Part shown: piece by piece, positions 41,247 through 51,620 of the stretch | How positions within the stretch are numbered: position 1 is the stretch's first letter | Layout of the letters: each line of letters opens with the position of its first letter | Source of the DNA: Candidatus Binatia bacterium | GTDB lineage: Bacteria > Desulfobacterota > Binatia > HRBIN30 | Direction: 5' to 3' | NCBI GenBank assembly: GCA_038245295.1 | Contig: JBBRSP010000029.1 | Location: 1 to 64,000, forward strand | DNA: 64,000 bases | Notes under the pieces: generated by a model | What the model was told of the DNA's origin: nothing | The model's input: only the letters and a program-made list of their open reading frames with translations | Databases searched by the model: none | Made by a program: the position numbers and the translations under genes

Positions 41247-42401
41247 ATGAGTTCTGCGTTTCCTTTGATCTCGGCCGACTCCCACATCGTCGAGGCTCCT
41301 GACCTATGGACGAAGTGGCTCCCCAAGGAGTTCCTCAAGAAGGCGCCCAAGTTGGTGAAGGACGCCGAGGGTGGTGACGCCTGGCAGTACCGTCCGGGCA
41401 CGCCGCCGGTGCCGCTCGGTTTGGTGACGACCTACCCGGGACGCACGTACGAGCAGTTCAAATGGACCGGGGCGAAGTATGACCAGGTGAACAAGGGCGC
41501 CTACATCGGCAGCGAGCGCTTGAAGGAGCAGGACATCGACGGCGTCGACGCCGAGGTGCTCTATCCGTCGCAACGTACGATGCGTCACTTCATGCTCGAT
41601 GACGAGCCGGATTTTCACAAAGCCGGCATCCAGGCCTACAACAACTGGATGGCCAAGGAGTACATGGCCGTCAATCCCAAGCGCCTGATTGGCCTGGCGC
41701 AGATGCCGAACCTGGGCGTCGACGAGATGGTCAAGGAAATGCGCCGCGTCAAGAAGATGGGCATGCGCGGCGTGATCATGTCGAGCTGGCCGAACGGCGG
41801 CACCGACATGATGGTCGAAGACTACAAGTTTTTCGGCGAGGCCGAGAAGCTCGGCATGCCGGTGAGCATTCACCTCGGCGTGGCTTCGCGAGTCTCCGGC
41901 AAGCCGCAAACCAGCACCGGTACGATGGCGGCCGCCGGCGCTCTGAGCTCGGGCGCCAAGACCCTCGTCGGTTACTCCTGTGCCGGCCTCGACAATATGC
42001 CGATCATCATTTCCGAGACGATCTTCTCGGGCCTGTTCGACAAGTTCCCCAAGCTGCAGCTGATCTCCGTCGAAGCCGGGGCAGGGTGGGTGCCGTACTT
42101 CCTGGAGCAGCAGGATGATCGCTACTATCGCAATCGCCACTGGGCGAAGGTGGACCTGAAGCTCATCCCGAGCGACTACTTCCACCGCAACTGGTCGCTG
42201 ACGTTCGTGCGTGACGCGTATGGCGTGCGCAACCGTCACGCGGTCGGCCTCAATTCGATGATGTGGTCGACCGACTACCCGCACCATATCTGCGATTGGC
42301 CGTACTCGCGCCGCGTCGCGCAGGAAATGTTTGCCGGCGTGCCGGACGACGAACGGATCGCCATCTGTTCGGGTAACGCCAAGGCTCTTTACAAGCTGTA
42401 A
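41247..42401 (+). CDS. Amidohydrolase_2 family protein
   Basis: ISADSHIVE, DIDGVDAEVLYP, VEAGAGWVP, MWSTDYPH; AGGAGG RBS. Confidence 0.9.
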   Translation: MSSAFPLISADSHIVEAPDLWTKWLPKEFLKKAPKLVKDAEGGDAWQYRPGTPPVPLGLVTTYPGRTYEQFKWTGAKYDQVNKGAYIGSERLKEQDIDGVDAEVLYPSQRTMRHFMLDDEPDFHKAGIQAYNNWMAKEYMAVNPKRLIGLAQMPNLGVDEMVKEMRRVKKMGMRGVIMSSWPNGGTDMMVEDYKFFGEAEKLGMPVSIHLGVASRVSGKPQTSTGTMAAAGALSSGAKTLVGYSCAGLDNMPIIISETIFSGLFDKFPKLQLISVEAGAGWVPYFLEQQDDRYYRNRHWAKVDLKLIPSDYFHRNWSLTFVRDAYGVRNRHAVGLNSMMWSTDYPHHICDWPYSRRVAQEMFAGVPDDERIAICSGNAKALYKL

Positions 42402-42407
42402 AATTGA

Positions 42408-42441
42408 CGATGGGGGGCGTCGCACGCGACGCCCCCCATCG
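42408..42441. terminator. Perfect GC-rich hairpin after the amidohydrolase
   Basis: CGATGGGGGGCGTCGC-AC-GCGACGCCCCCCATCG; no clear U-tract. Confidence 0.5.
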
Positions 42442-42617
42442 AATCACGCGGCGTCCGCCAGAGATGCCCGGTTTTACATTTTCCATCATTCCCGTGTATC
42501 GCTCTGCCATGACTACCGGGCAGGCACCGACCACGCCTTGGAACTGCCCAGCCCGCAACAAGCTAGAGACAGCGGGCCTGCAAATCAGTGTCGCTGCCGG
42601 AGGATAGGGAGGTTCGT

Positions 42618-43436
42618 GTGCCGGATTTCAAGACGTTGCTCTACGAGGAAAAGAACGGTGTGGCGTGGGTCACGCTCAATCGCCCCGACGTTTACAACGC
42701 CTTCAATGCGCAGATGCAGCACGAACTACACGACCTCTGGCGCGGCCTGCGGCGCAACGATGATGTGCGCTGCGTCGTTCTGACCGGGGCCGGTGATAAG
42801 GCCTTTTGCACCGGCATCGATCGCGCCGAGACGTTGGGTGAGGGTTCGGACAAACGCGAGAAGACGGTCGGTGCCGCCTCGACACCATTCATGTTCGATG
42901 ATCCGGCGGCCAACATCGGGCCGAAGACCTGCGATCTGTGGAAACCGGTCATTGCGGCTGTCAACGGAATGGCGTGCGGCGGTGCGTTTTACATGTTGGG
43001 CGAAGTCGAGTTCATCATCGCCGCTGAGCACGCGACGTTCTTCGATCCGCACGTGACCTACGGCATGACGGCGGCCTTCGAGCCGATGCACATGCTGCAA
43101 AAGATGCCGTTCGGCGAGATCATGAGGCTGGCGCTTCTCGGCAATCACGAGCGCTTGTCGGCCAAACGGGCCCACGAGGTTGGACTCGTCTCTGAAGTCG
43201 TTGCCGCCGACAAGCTACGTGAGGCGACGACCTGGACCGCCGAAGCAATCGCCTCCGCGCCGCCGCTGGCAATTCAGGGAACGCTGCGTTCCATCTGGGC
43301 GGCACGCGAACTCACCCGCACGCAGGCTCTGGGTATGGGTTACGCATTCATCGGACTCGGCACGAATCGCGAGTCGATCGCCGAGGGGCAAAAGGCATTC
43401 TCGTCAGGCAAGCGCATTCAGTGGAAGTTGCGCTAG
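42618..43436 (+). CDS. Enoyl-CoA hydratase/isomerase family protein
   Basis: TLNRPDVYNAFN, GAGDKAFCTGID, WKPVIAAVNGMACGG. Confidence 0.9.
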   Translation: MPDFKTLLYEEKNGVAWVTLNRPDVYNAFNAQMQHELHDLWRGLRRNDDVRCVVLTGAGDKAFCTGIDRAETLGEGSDKREKTVGAASTPFMFDDPAANIGPKTCDLWKPVIAAVNGMACGGAFYMLGEVEFIIAAEHATFFDPHVTYGMTAAFEPMHMLQKMPFGEIMRLALLGNHERLSAKRAHEVGLVSEVVAADKLREATTWTAEAIASAPPLAIQGTLRSIWAARELTRTQALGMGYAFIGLGTNRESIAEGQKAFSSGKRIQWKLR

Positions 43437-43567
43437 GGCGGGCTCCGGTTGGACCGGGCCAAGACCTTCCGAATCTCCTCGTGAGCGGGGTTTGCCTAAG
43501 GGCGCGTCAGAATTCGCGGGAATTTAGTGGTTGAGCGGGCGCGTTGCGGTTGTTAGCTTGCACTCCA

Positions 43568-44317
43568 ATGCTGCGCGTCGATTTTCACCACCATATCGAT
43601 ACTGACCCGGTCGACGGCCATTTTGTTGCTCATACGGGCGCCGCGCTGATTGATCAGGCCGCCGCCGCCGGGCTGAATGCGCTGGCGATCACCTGTCACG
43701 AATCGATTCCCTACGACGGCGAACTCACACGCTACGCCGCCGAGAAGGGGATCGTCTTGATCAAAGGGATGGAGGCCAGCGTCAACGGCACCCATGTCCT
43801 GCTGATCAACTTCCAAGAGTTCCCCGCGGGCCAATGCACGATGGCAGATATTGCGGCGGCCAAGTCAGCCGACTCGTTGGTCATCGCCCCTCATCCGTTC
43901 TACCCATCGAAAGTGGCGGGGAGGATCATCCTCGAGGAGCACACCCCGGTGTTCGACGCCGTGGAGTTCTCCGGGCTCTACACGCCCCTGACCAAGATCT
44001 TCAATCGCCGCGCGGTGAACCATGCGCGGCGCTCGTCGTTGCCGGTCGTCGGTAACACTGACACGCACTTCTTGTGGCAGTTGGGCCGCACCTATACGGA
44101 AGTCGACGCCGAACCCAACGCCGCTGCGATTGTCGAGGCTGTCCGCGCCGGTCGAACCCGCCTGGTGACGAAGCCGCTCAAGTGGACTGACATTTTGCGC
44201 TTCGCCGTCGATTCGAAGTCCACCGTGCTGCTGGCGCGCGATGCGCTGATGAATCTTGGTAAAGTCGTGCGGCGAACCCGCCGCGCCGCCGCCACCACCG
44301 CGCCGTCGATCTCGTAG
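43568..44317 (+). CDS. PHP-domain phosphoesterase
   Basis: DFHHH, LAITCH, GME...HV, IAPHP, GNTDTH. Confidence 0.82.
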   Translation: MLRVDFHHHIDTDPVDGHFVAHTGAALIDQAAAAGLNALAITCHESIPYDGELTRYAAEKGIVLIKGMEASVNGTHVLLINFQEFPAGQCTMADIAAAKSADSLVIAPHPFYPSKVAGRIILEEHTPVFDAVEFSGLYTPLTKIFNRRAVNHARRSSLPVVGNTDTHFLWQLGRTYTEVDAEPNAAAIVEAVRAGRTRLVTKPLKWTDILRFAVDSKSTVLLARDALMNLGKVVRRTRRAAATTAPSIS

Positions 44318-44621
44318 GGCGGTTCGCGAACGGCCCGGCAATCCGACGATTCGCATTTCCTGAGAACGGATGTCGCCGAGCCCACGCCATTGTTCCTGGT
44401 TATCAGAATTCGGTGATTGATCCCCCGGCGATCACGGCCGCGACGTCAGTTCACCGACGTGAAACCCCTTATTTTTCAAGCACCAGATCGGCAAATCGCC
44501 AGAAAACGTTGAGTTTGCGTGGCTAGGTAGGCCTCACCCGGACGCCGAGAGCCCGTCCTGGGGCTTCCTAGCGCGTTTGCTGGTGCCGCATTTGCTTTGC
44601 GTTCCGTCGTTGACTGCCCAG

Positions 44622-46130
44622 TCACCCGGGTTGCCTGCGGCGGCCAAGATTGGCGCAGCCAACCAGAGCGCTCACGGCAAGGCATGTCCAGGCGAAGGTG
44701 TCACCGATGGCATCGTAGATCGTACGCTGCGCCAGTGGCTCGATCCTGGCGTTCAGGGTGGCAGGTTTCCCCGAGGCGGCCTCGGCCACGATCGTGCCGT
44801 AGGGATCGATAATCGCCGAGACGCCAGTGGTTGTCGCGCGAACCACCCACGTGTGGTTCTCCACGGCCCGTAGGATCGCGTGAGTCAGGTGCTGCTGTGG
44901 TCCCGCACCGTCGCCGAGCCACGCGTCGTTCGAGAGAATCACGAGCGCCTTTGCGTCGTGATTCATCCGTCGGCGTACGAGGTCAGGAAAGATTCCCTCA
45001 AAGCAGATGGCCACGGCGGTACGTCCAAGTTGTGTCTCCAGCCAGCGCGGCTCTTCCGCGGCAGAAAACGTCCGCACACGCTCGAAGCGGCGACGGACGA
45101 AGTCGATGTTGAGGGGGAAATACTCGACGAAAGGTAACAGGTGCTGTTTGTCGTACCTGCCGGTGAGCTGCCCGTCGCGCGTGAGGTAAAAGGCCGAGTT
45201 GAGATACTCGGGTTTGGCGGCATCGAGGTCCTCATAATGCGGTGCACCGACTATTAGATCGGCGCCGAAACTGCGCAGCACTGCGGCGATGCGGGCCTGG
45301 AAGCGCGGCTCGCGCCCGAGGAACATAGTTACCGCTGCCTCAGGCCAGACCACCAGCGTCGGGTGTGTGTCGGCGGCGGCTGTGGCCGTCAGCGCCAGGT
45401 AGTTTTCCAGACCTTCACCGTATTGCCCCGGCTGCCACAGGGCGCTGTCATGATTGTTCCCCTGAACAACCAACGTCGACACACCCGGACCCGGCGAAGG
45501 TGCGGTGCCGACACGCCAGGCGCCGTAGGCGACGACGATGGAGACAGCCACGGCGGCCACGCCGACATGGACGGCTGGGCGTTGCCGCGAGCCGGGATGC
45601 AAAGCTGCCGCAAGTGCCGCGTTTACGAAGGCGAAGAGAAAGGACAGCAGGTAGACCCCACCAAGATCGGCCGCTTGACGTAGCCAGAGGAAGGGGGCCG
45701 TCGCATAGCCGAGTAGGAGCCAGGGCACTCCGGTCAATAGATGGGCACGCCCGAACTCAACGGTCACCCAGAGCGCCGCGGTCAAGGCCGGTCCGAGCAG
45801 GACGCCGCGACGATAGGTTGCCGCGCCGATGGCGAACACGGCGTAGTACGGTGCCCAGAAGACCAGTGATCCGGCAGCGCAAAACAGAATCGCAAACCAC
45901 AGTGGCTGCTCGTAGTAGAAGGCGATCGCCGCAGGCACCCAGTAACCGAGGCTGAAGTTCGTGATGACTCCCCACGCCAAGCCGGCAAGGGCGCGCCGGC
46001 GCCAGGGCAGGCCATCCAAGGCGCGCAGCAAGGGAATCAACGCCACCCAGGCAGTCCACGGCGTTGGCCACGGTGGAAAGGAAGCGACGTAGAGTGCGGC
46101 GGACAACAGCAACAAGAACAGCCGCGTCAC
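44622..46130 (-). CDS. lnt: Apolipoprotein N-acyltransferase (Lnt) homolog
   Basis: Multi-TM N-terminus, VQGN, WPEAA, YDKQHLLPFVEY, ICFEG, SNDAW, RAVEN. GTG start overlaps the upstream kinase stop (GTGA). Confidence 0.88.
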   Translation of the reverse strand: MTRLFLLLLSAALYVASFPPWPTPWTAWVALIPLLRALDGLPWRRRALAGLAWGVITNFSLGYWVPAAIAFYYEQPLWFAILFCAAGSLVFWAPYYAVFAIGAATYRRGVLLGPALTAALWVTVEFGRAHLLTGVPWLLLGYATAPFLWLRQAADLGGVYLLSFLFAFVNAALAAALHPGSRQRPAVHVGVAAVAVSIVVAYGAWRVGTAPSPGPGVSTLVVQGNNHDSALWQPGQYGEGLENYLALTATAAADTHPTLVVWPEAAVTMFLGREPRFQARIAAVLRSFGADLIVGAPHYEDLDAAKPEYLNSAFYLTRDGQLTGRYDKQHLLPFVEYFPLNIDFVRRRFERVRTFSAAEEPRWLETQLGRTAVAICFEGIFPDLVRRRMNHDAKALVILSNDAWLGDGAGPQQHLTHAILRAVENHTWVVRATTTGVSAIIDPYGTIVAEAASGKPATLNARIEPLAQRTIYDAIGDTFAWTCLAVSALVGCANLGRRRQPG

Positions 46131-48724
46131 GAGGGCAGGGCACTTTCCGCGGTGGGCAGATAGACGAGCACGGTTGTGCCGCTGCCGACGGTGCTCTCGA
46201 TATCGATCCAACCGCCGTGGTTCTTCACGGCGCCGTAGGCGATGCTCAGGCCGAGACCGGTGCCGGCGCCGATCGGCTTCGTCGTGAAAAATGGCTCGAA
46301 CACTTTTTCCCGAAACTCCGGGGCAATGCCACAGCCGTTGTCCTGGATCGAAACAACAACGCAGTGCGAGGCCGGGGCGTCATCCTTCCAGAACGTTCGA
46401 ATGAGGAGTCGCGGTGCGGCAACACCGGCTATGGCATCCAACGCATTCGTCACGAGGTTGGTCCAGACATGCGCCAACTGGGCCCCGTCGAGCGAGAGTG
46501 ATTCCGCCACCCCGTAATCGCGTTCGACCACCGGCCCAAGACTGCTGAGCCGATTGCCGAGCAGTCGCAGGCTCGCGTCAATCGAGTCGCCGAGAACAGT
46601 CGGCGCGCGCTGGCCGCGCTCGGCGCGCGCGAACAGACGCAAGTCATCGACGATCTTGCGAATACGTTCGGAGCCCTCGGTGCAGATCTCGACGAGAAGC
46701 GGCAACTCACGCCGCACGTAGGGCAGGCGTGTCCGCGTTCGCACGGACTCGAGCACGCCCACGCCGTCGGGTGCGCCGGCGACGATGTCCTCGTACGCGG
46801 TCAGCGCCGCCTCGATACGCGTGAGATAGTCGGTCAGGTTCGCCAGGCCACCGTGGATGAAACTCGCCGGATTGTTGAGCTCGTGTGCGACGCCGGCCAC
46901 CAATTGGCCGATCGACGCCATCTTCTCCGCCTGTACAAGTTGCGCCTGGGCGCTTTTCAATTCGTCATAGGCACGGCTCAAGTCGCGATTCGATGTGCGC
47001 AGGGCTGCGGTTTGCTCACGCACCTTGGCGTCGAGTGTCTGCGCCAACTCGTCGAGCGCCTCATAGGAACGAGCATTCTGCAAAGCGATCGCGGTCTGGT
47101 CGGCCAGGGTGCGCAGCAAGGCAAGGTCGTCGCTGTCGAAGGGTTGCCCCGACCGTTTGGCACCGAGCCCGAGAGCGCCGATCGACGTCCCGCGGAAGCG
47201 CAACGGCAGCAGCAAGGGGAATATTCCGCGTTCGATCGGTGTATCGGAGATCGGAGTGGCCGCCAGACACTGCCGGATGAATTCCGGGGCTTCGCCTTCC
47301 ACCAAACTACCATCGGCCTGTCGCGACCATTGCGTGTAGTGGTCGTTGTCGATCAGGTACACATGTGTCGAGTCGAGGTGCATGGCATCACTCAGGACAC
47401 GCGTCACCTGCGCGATGATCTCATGACGATCGAGCAGCGTCACCATCAACGCACTCACCTCGCTGACGGTGGCACGATAATCGAGCCGCGTGCGATAGAA
47501 GGCTCGGTCGATCGCTTCCTGCACGATCGCGCGCAGGGGATTGAGTCCGACAGCCAGGGCGAAGACGAACAGGAGGCTGACCGCCTCCCGATGTTGGTCG
47601 GCAAAGCCCGGCATCAACCGTGCCGCGACCTCCAAGGCAAAGGAATAAACGCCGACGACGACGAGGCTCAGAAGGGCATACTCGAAGCTCCAGCGTACGA
47701 CACGATCAATATCAAAGAGGTCGTGGATCGAAATCGCGTAGGCAACGCTGCCTTGCAGCAGCGGTATCAACAAGAGCGAAAACTGCACCGGAAAGCTGCC
47801 ACCGGAGATGGCGTTGTTGACGAAGGCGAAGAATGGCAGGACGCTGGCGGCAATGAGCCCGGGCAAGACTGCCTTGATGCGGAGACGTGTCAGAGACTCA
47901 CGATTCTCACGATACCGGTAGGCTAGCGCCGCCAGAAAGAATGCGATGCTACTGGCGTGGTAGAGATAGGTGATGTGCAGCGGCCACAGTCGGGGCGGAT
48001 GGTCGAAGACATTCGACAGCACGAGAACCGCCAGAGCGAGGCCCAGCCCGTATGGCAGGACATGCAGCAATCGGGCGCGTTGGCTGGGGCGACGCTCGAT
48101 GGGGAATACGAGTGCCAGATGAATCCATGTCGCTGCAAAAAAGCACTCGAGCACCAGGTTGACGCGACTCAGCCACGGGAAGTTTGGCAGGTGCAAAAAA
48201 ACGGCGGTGATCGGATACAGCCCGGCAACCAGGGCCTGGAGCAAGAAAACCCTCGCCTGGTAGCCGCCTGGCTGCAGAAACGCGACGATCAATCCCAAGA
48301 CGAGGTATGAGCCGCCAACAAATAGAATCAGGCCGTAGATTTGCAGGTAGTCGCGACGGTTGAACTGGCGCGACGCGATGGTTCGTTCGAAGAACGCTCC
48401 GTCCTTCGAGAAGGTGTAACGAAACGACGTTCCGACTGGTTGGGCCGCCACCCTGGTGTAGACAGCGGCACTATCGCTCACCGGCATTCCATCGACGGCA
48501 ACCACGACGCTGTGAAACAGCGCGCTGCGGTCCTGCGGCCAGTCGAACGTGCTCACCGTCGGAATGGCAGCGTTCGGCATCAGCAAAAAGCCGGGGAAGG
48601 TGGCGCCGAGCCATCGCAGGCTGCAGCTCCCGGCATAGGCCGCCATCGCGGCGGCGATCAACAGAGCGAGTATGGGGACGACATAGGCGCGCCAGGTGGC
48701 CCGTCGGCTTGTTTCAGTCGTCAT
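46127..48724 (-). CDS. Membrane sensor histidine kinase (PDZ-like periplasmic domain, multi-TM, GAF, HisKA, HATPase)
   Basis: [12 protein letters not shown]-like segment, about 8 TMs, [18 protein letters not shown] end, [33 protein letters not shown]. Confidence 0.92.
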   Translation of the reverse strand: MTTETSRRATWRAYVVPILALLIAAAMAAYAGSCSLRWLGATFPGFLLMPNAAIPTVSTFDWPQDRSALFHSVVVAVDGMPVSDSAAVYTRVAAQPVGTSFRYTFSKDGAFFERTIASRQFNRRDYLQIYGLILFVGGSYLVLGLIVAFLQPGGYQARVFLLQALVAGLYPITAVFLHLPNFPWLSRVNLVLECFFAATWIHLALVFPIERRPSQRARLLHVLPYGLGLALAVLVLSNVFDHPPRLWPLHITYLYHASSIAFFLAALAYRYRENRESLTRLRIKAVLPGLIAASVLPFFAFVNNAISGGSFPVQFSLLLIPLLQGSVAYAISIHDLFDIDRVVRWSFEYALLSLVVVGVYSFALEVAARLMPGFADQHREAVSLLFVFALAVGLNPLRAIVQEAIDRAFYRTRLDYRATVSEVSALMVTLLDRHEIIAQVTRVLSDAMHLDSTHVYLIDNDHYTQWSRQADGSLVEGEAPEFIRQCLAATPISDTPIERGIFPLLLPLRFRGTSIGALGLGAKRSGQPFDSDDLALLRTLADQTAIALQNARSYEALDELAQTLDAKVREQTAALRTSNRDLSRAYDELKSAQAQLVQAEKMASIGQLVAGVAHELNNPASFIHGGLANLTDYLTRIEAALTAYEDIVAGAPDGVGVLESVRTRTRLPYVRRELPLLVEICTEGSERIRKIVDDLRLFARAERGQRAPTVLGDSIDASLRLLGNRLSSLGPVVERDYGVAESLSLDGAQLAHVWTNLVTNALDAIAGVAAPRLLIRTFWKDDAPASHCVVVSIQDNGCGIAPEFREKVFEPFFTTKPIGAGTGLGLSIAYGAVKNHGGWIDIESTVGSGTTVLVYLPTAESALPS

Positions 48725-48785
48725 AGAGAACCGATCGCCCCACGCGGATGGTTACCACGCGGCACGCCACACCAACAACTGCCTT

Positions 48786-49106
48786 GGTAGAAGTTGGTCC
48801 ACTTGAAAACCGAGGCGGCGAGGATTCGTCATTCCGGCGAACGCCGGAATCTCCCCGGCATTTCTGCGATTCCGGCCCAGGAGATCCCGGCTTTCGAGTG
48901 TGTCGATTTACTCGGAAACCAAATGTGAAACCGAGCAGACCTTTCCGTCATACCGGCGAAAGCCGGTATCTCGCCAGCTTCCGAGGCTTCCAGCAGGGGG
49001 AGATCCCGGTTTTCACCGGGATGACGTTGCTCCACTTTGGTTTTACGACAGTCTCTTTCGCCGGGATGACGTTGCCTACCCTTGGGAATCAGACGGACCC
49101 GCTACC
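48786..49106. mobile_element. Outer MITE/REP-doublet element
   Basis: Ends GGTAG(AAGT)TGGTCCACTTGA and TCAGACGGACCCGCTACC. Contains REP palindromes CGTCATTCCGGCGAACGCCGGAATC (48827-48851) and a split GATCCCGGCTTTC/GCCGGGATGACG. Confidence 0.55.
48896..49055. mobile_element. 160-bp MITE (IS1182-like ends) inserted into a REP loop with 4-bp TTTC target duplication
   Basis: Ends GAGTGTGTCG and CGACAGTCTC; TTTC at 48892-48895 and 49056-49059. Carries its own REP doublet at 48946-49026. Confidence 0.72.
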
Positions 49107-49117
49107 ACTCAGAAGGG

Positions 49118-49224
49118 CGGGCAGTTTACTTCCCACTGCAGAGGGATCGTGGGCAGAATCCTTCCCACTCCGATTGGTCAAAGTCCACGTATACGAGAGC
49201 GAGGCTCCGCGGCATCATTCGTGC
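49118..49224 (+). promoter_or_regulatory. Sigma54 promoter with two upstream enhancer sites (HK-RR operon)
   Basis: CGGGCAGTTTACTTCCCA (49118-49135), TGGGCAGAATCCTTCCCA (49150-49167), then GG-CATCATTCGT-GC (49211-49224). Confidence 0.68.
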
Positions 49225-49248
49225 GTGTTCATTCCCATCGAGATCGCC

Positions 49249-50025
49249 ATGAACTCAGAGACCTTCAGTGACAATGCGCAGACGCGCAAACTGTACGACC
49301 TCGGATCACGACTCACGCGCGTCGCCCACGAGATCAACGTCCCGCTGAGTTTGATCGTCGGTAGTCTCGACGCCCTGGCGCAGTATACGGACACGCTGGC
49401 CGACTATGTTCTGACGGAGAAGGAGCAAAGCTCTACGGAGCCTCTGGCGCGGCGCGCCGTGGACATCGATTACGTCGCGGCCCACACGCCAAAGTTGATT
49501 GCCATCTGTCGCGAGGGCACACAACGATTGCAGCACATCGTTGGTCAGCTGCGCAGCTACTCGCATCGCAAGGATGCGGCCGTGCAGGGCATCGAGTTGA
49601 CAGACGTCATCGCGGCGGCATCACGGCTCGCGTCCCAGGGCGCGACCCACACGCCCGAGCTTCACCTGCCGGCTTTGCCGGCGGTGCGCGGCGACGCCAA
49701 CTCCCTGGAGCAAGTCTTCGTCAATTTGATTTGCAACGCCATGGACGCGGTGGCCGACTGCCCCGATCCTCGGGTTTCGGTCATCGCTTGCGTCGAGGCC
49801 GACATCATCACGGTCATGGTTCGCGACAATGGTCCCGGCGTTGCACCGGAGATCGCCTCGCGCATCTTCGAGCCGTTCTTTACGACCAAGCCGCGACGGG
49901 TTGGCCTTGGTCTCGGTCTGGCGATTGTCCACGAGATCATCGCCGACCATGGCGGCACGATCTGTCTCGGCAAACCAGAACGTGGCGCCGAATTCATTGT
50001 GCGTCTGCCAGCGGAATCGCTTTGA
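49249..50025 (+). CDS. Sensor-less cytoplasmic histidine kinase (HisKA + HATPase)
   Basis: [34 protein letters not shown]. The upstream in-frame extension is repeat DNA. Confidence 0.85.
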   Translation: MNSETFSDNAQTRKLYDLGSRLTRVAHEINVPLSLIVGSLDALAQYTDTLADYVLTEKEQSSTEPLARRAVDIDYVAAHTPKLIAICREGTQRLQHIVGQLRSYSHRKDAAVQGIELTDVIAAASRLASQGATHTPELHLPALPAVRGDANSLEQVFVNLICNAMDAVADCPDPRVSVIACVEADIITVMVRDNGPGVAPEIASRIFEPFFTTKPRRVGLGLGLAIVHEIIADHGGTICLGKPERGAEFIVRLPAESL

Positions 50026-50058
50026 CGCTGTAGCCTCAGTCGGCTACGCGAGGGGGCA

Positions 50059-51489
50059 ATGGCATCAGGCGTGTCAAAGCAAGCGATTCTGGTGGTGGAT
50101 GACGAGCCCGCGAGCGTCCAGCTGCTGCGCATCACGTTGGGTATGGACTACGAGGTGCACACCGCGACCGACGGCGCCGCGGGCCTCGTCCTCCTGGAGC
50201 AGCATCCGGAGATTGCCCTGGCCATCGTTGACCAACGAATGCCGGGCATGAGCGGTACGGAATTCATCCAACGAACCATCGAGCCCTATCCGCAACTCAT
50301 TCGCATCATCCTCACCGGCTACACGGATATCGAATCGCTGATTGACGCGATCAACGCAGGGCGTGTCTACCGCTATCTGACAAAACCGTGGGACAAAGAG
50401 GAGCTGATGCTCACGGTGCGACGCGGTCTCGAGGTGCATCGACTGGAGAGCGAAAACGCCCGGCTCCACGAGGAGCTGCGGCTGGCCAACAACCGCTTGC
50501 GCGTCGAGAATACGCTACTGCAACGCGAGGCCCGCGGACGCCATCGCTTCGAGGAAATCATTGGCTCCAGCCCGGCCTTGCGAGGCACACTCGACATGGT
50601 CGAGCGCGTCCTGCCGTCTGACACCACCGTGTTGGTCCTCGGCGAAACCGGTACCGGCAAGGAACTGATCGCGCGCGCCATCCACTACAACGGGCCGCGC
50701 GCCGACAAACCGTTCGTCAGCGAGAACTGTGGTGCCATTGCGCCGGACCTCCTGAGCAGCGAACTGTTTGGTTACTCCAAAGGAGCCTTCACTGGGGCCG
50801 TCACCGACCGACAAGGATTGTTCGAGTTCGCCAACGGTGGGACTCTGTTTCTCGATGAAATCGGCGATTGTCCCGCCGATCTACAGGTCCGACTGTTGCG
50901 CGTTCTCGATCAGGGCGAAATCCGTCGTGTCGGCGACAATCAAAGGGTCAAAGTCGATGTCCGGATCATCGCGGCAACCCATCACGACCTCGAGAAAGAC
51001 GTCGCCGAAGGCCGCTTTCGCAAAGATCTCTTCTATCGCCTCAGTGTGTTCACCGTCAGCCCGCCGCCCTTGCGGCAACGCCCGGAGGACATTCCTGTCC
51101 TGGCACAGCATTTCGTCGAGAAATTTGCGCGGCGCCATTCCAAAGCTGTGCTGGGGCTGACTCCGGATGCCATCGGCATGCTGCTCGCCTATCCCTTTCC
51201 AGGCAACATCCGCGAGCTGGAAAATGAAATCGAGCGTGCCTTTACCCTGGCCGACAACGAGATGCCGATCACCCCGGACCTCCTTTCGGCACGTTTCAAC
51301 CAACCAACCGCCGAACCACCCGCCCCGGCGACCTCGCTGCGAGGTGCTGTCGAGTCTTTCGAGGCTGACTACATACGCGAGGCGCTAGCCCGCCATGCCG
51401 GTGTGCAAACCCGCGCCGCCAGCGAGCTCGGACTGTCGCGCCGCGGCCTCTTCGACAAGTTGCAGAAGTACGGCTTGGCCAAAGCCTGA
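50059..51489 (+). CDS. Sigma54-dependent NtrC-family response regulator
   Basis: Receiver (VVDDE, DQRMP, TKPW), [36 protein letters not shown] and a Fis-type HTH. Confidence 0.95.
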   Translation: MASGVSKQAILVVDDEPASVQLLRITLGMDYEVHTATDGAAGLVLLEQHPEIALAIVDQRMPGMSGTEFIQRTIEPYPQLIRIILTGYTDIESLIDAINAGRVYRYLTKPWDKEELMLTVRRGLEVHRLESENARLHEELRLANNRLRVENTLLQREARGRHRFEEIIGSSPALRGTLDMVERVLPSDTTVLVLGETGTGKELIARAIHYNGPRADKPFVSENCGAIAPDLLSSELFGYSKGAFTGAVTDRQGLFEFANGGTLFLDEIGDCPADLQVRLLRVLDQGEIRRVGDNQRVKVDVRIIAATHHDLEKDVAEGRFRKDLFYRLSVFTVSPPPLRQRPEDIPVLAQHFVEKFARRHSKAVLGLTPDAIGMLLAYPFPGNIRELENEIERAFTLADNEMPITPDLLSARFNQPTAEPPAPATSLRGAVESFEADYIREALARHAGVQTRAASELGLSRRGLFDKLQKYGLAKA

Positions 51490-51501
51490 GCTCGGCCGGT
51501 T

Positions 51502-51607
51502 CGGGCAATCTTGTTCCCACGCGGCCACGCCACTGGGAAGTAAACTGCCCACCGGCGCCGGCTGCGGGCGCACATGTCGTCCACGATGCTGGCGGCACGG
51601 CCCTTGC
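51502..51607 (+). promoter_or_regulatory. Sigma54 promoter with two upstream enhancer sites (LuxR-type gene)
   Basis: CGGGCAATCTTGTTCCCA (51502-51519), TGGGAAGTAAACTGCCCA (51534-51551), then CGGCACG-GCCC-TTGC (51593-51607). Confidence 0.72.
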
Positions 51608-51620
51608 GTAGTTCGTGTGT

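Noticed and set aside
44480..44572. Possible c-di-GMP-I riboswitch (GGCAAA...GAAA) and hairpin at 44522-44572
   Set aside because: Lacks the GACGCAAAG/P3 elements and lies between convergent genes; at most an irregular terminator hairpin.
48754..48769. Minus-strand sigma54 promoter for the membrane kinase
   Set aside because: Reads TGGC-N9-GG; the -12 GC is absent.
48827..49071. CRISPR-like repeated palindromes
   Set aside because: The repeats are inverted pairs with irregular spacing and no cas genes; REP architecture explains them.
48748..49248. N-terminal 167 aa of the 425-aa kinase ORF as a novel sensor domain
   Set aside because: It is translated REP/MITE and promoter DNA; a sigma54 promoter lies just upstream of ATG 49249.
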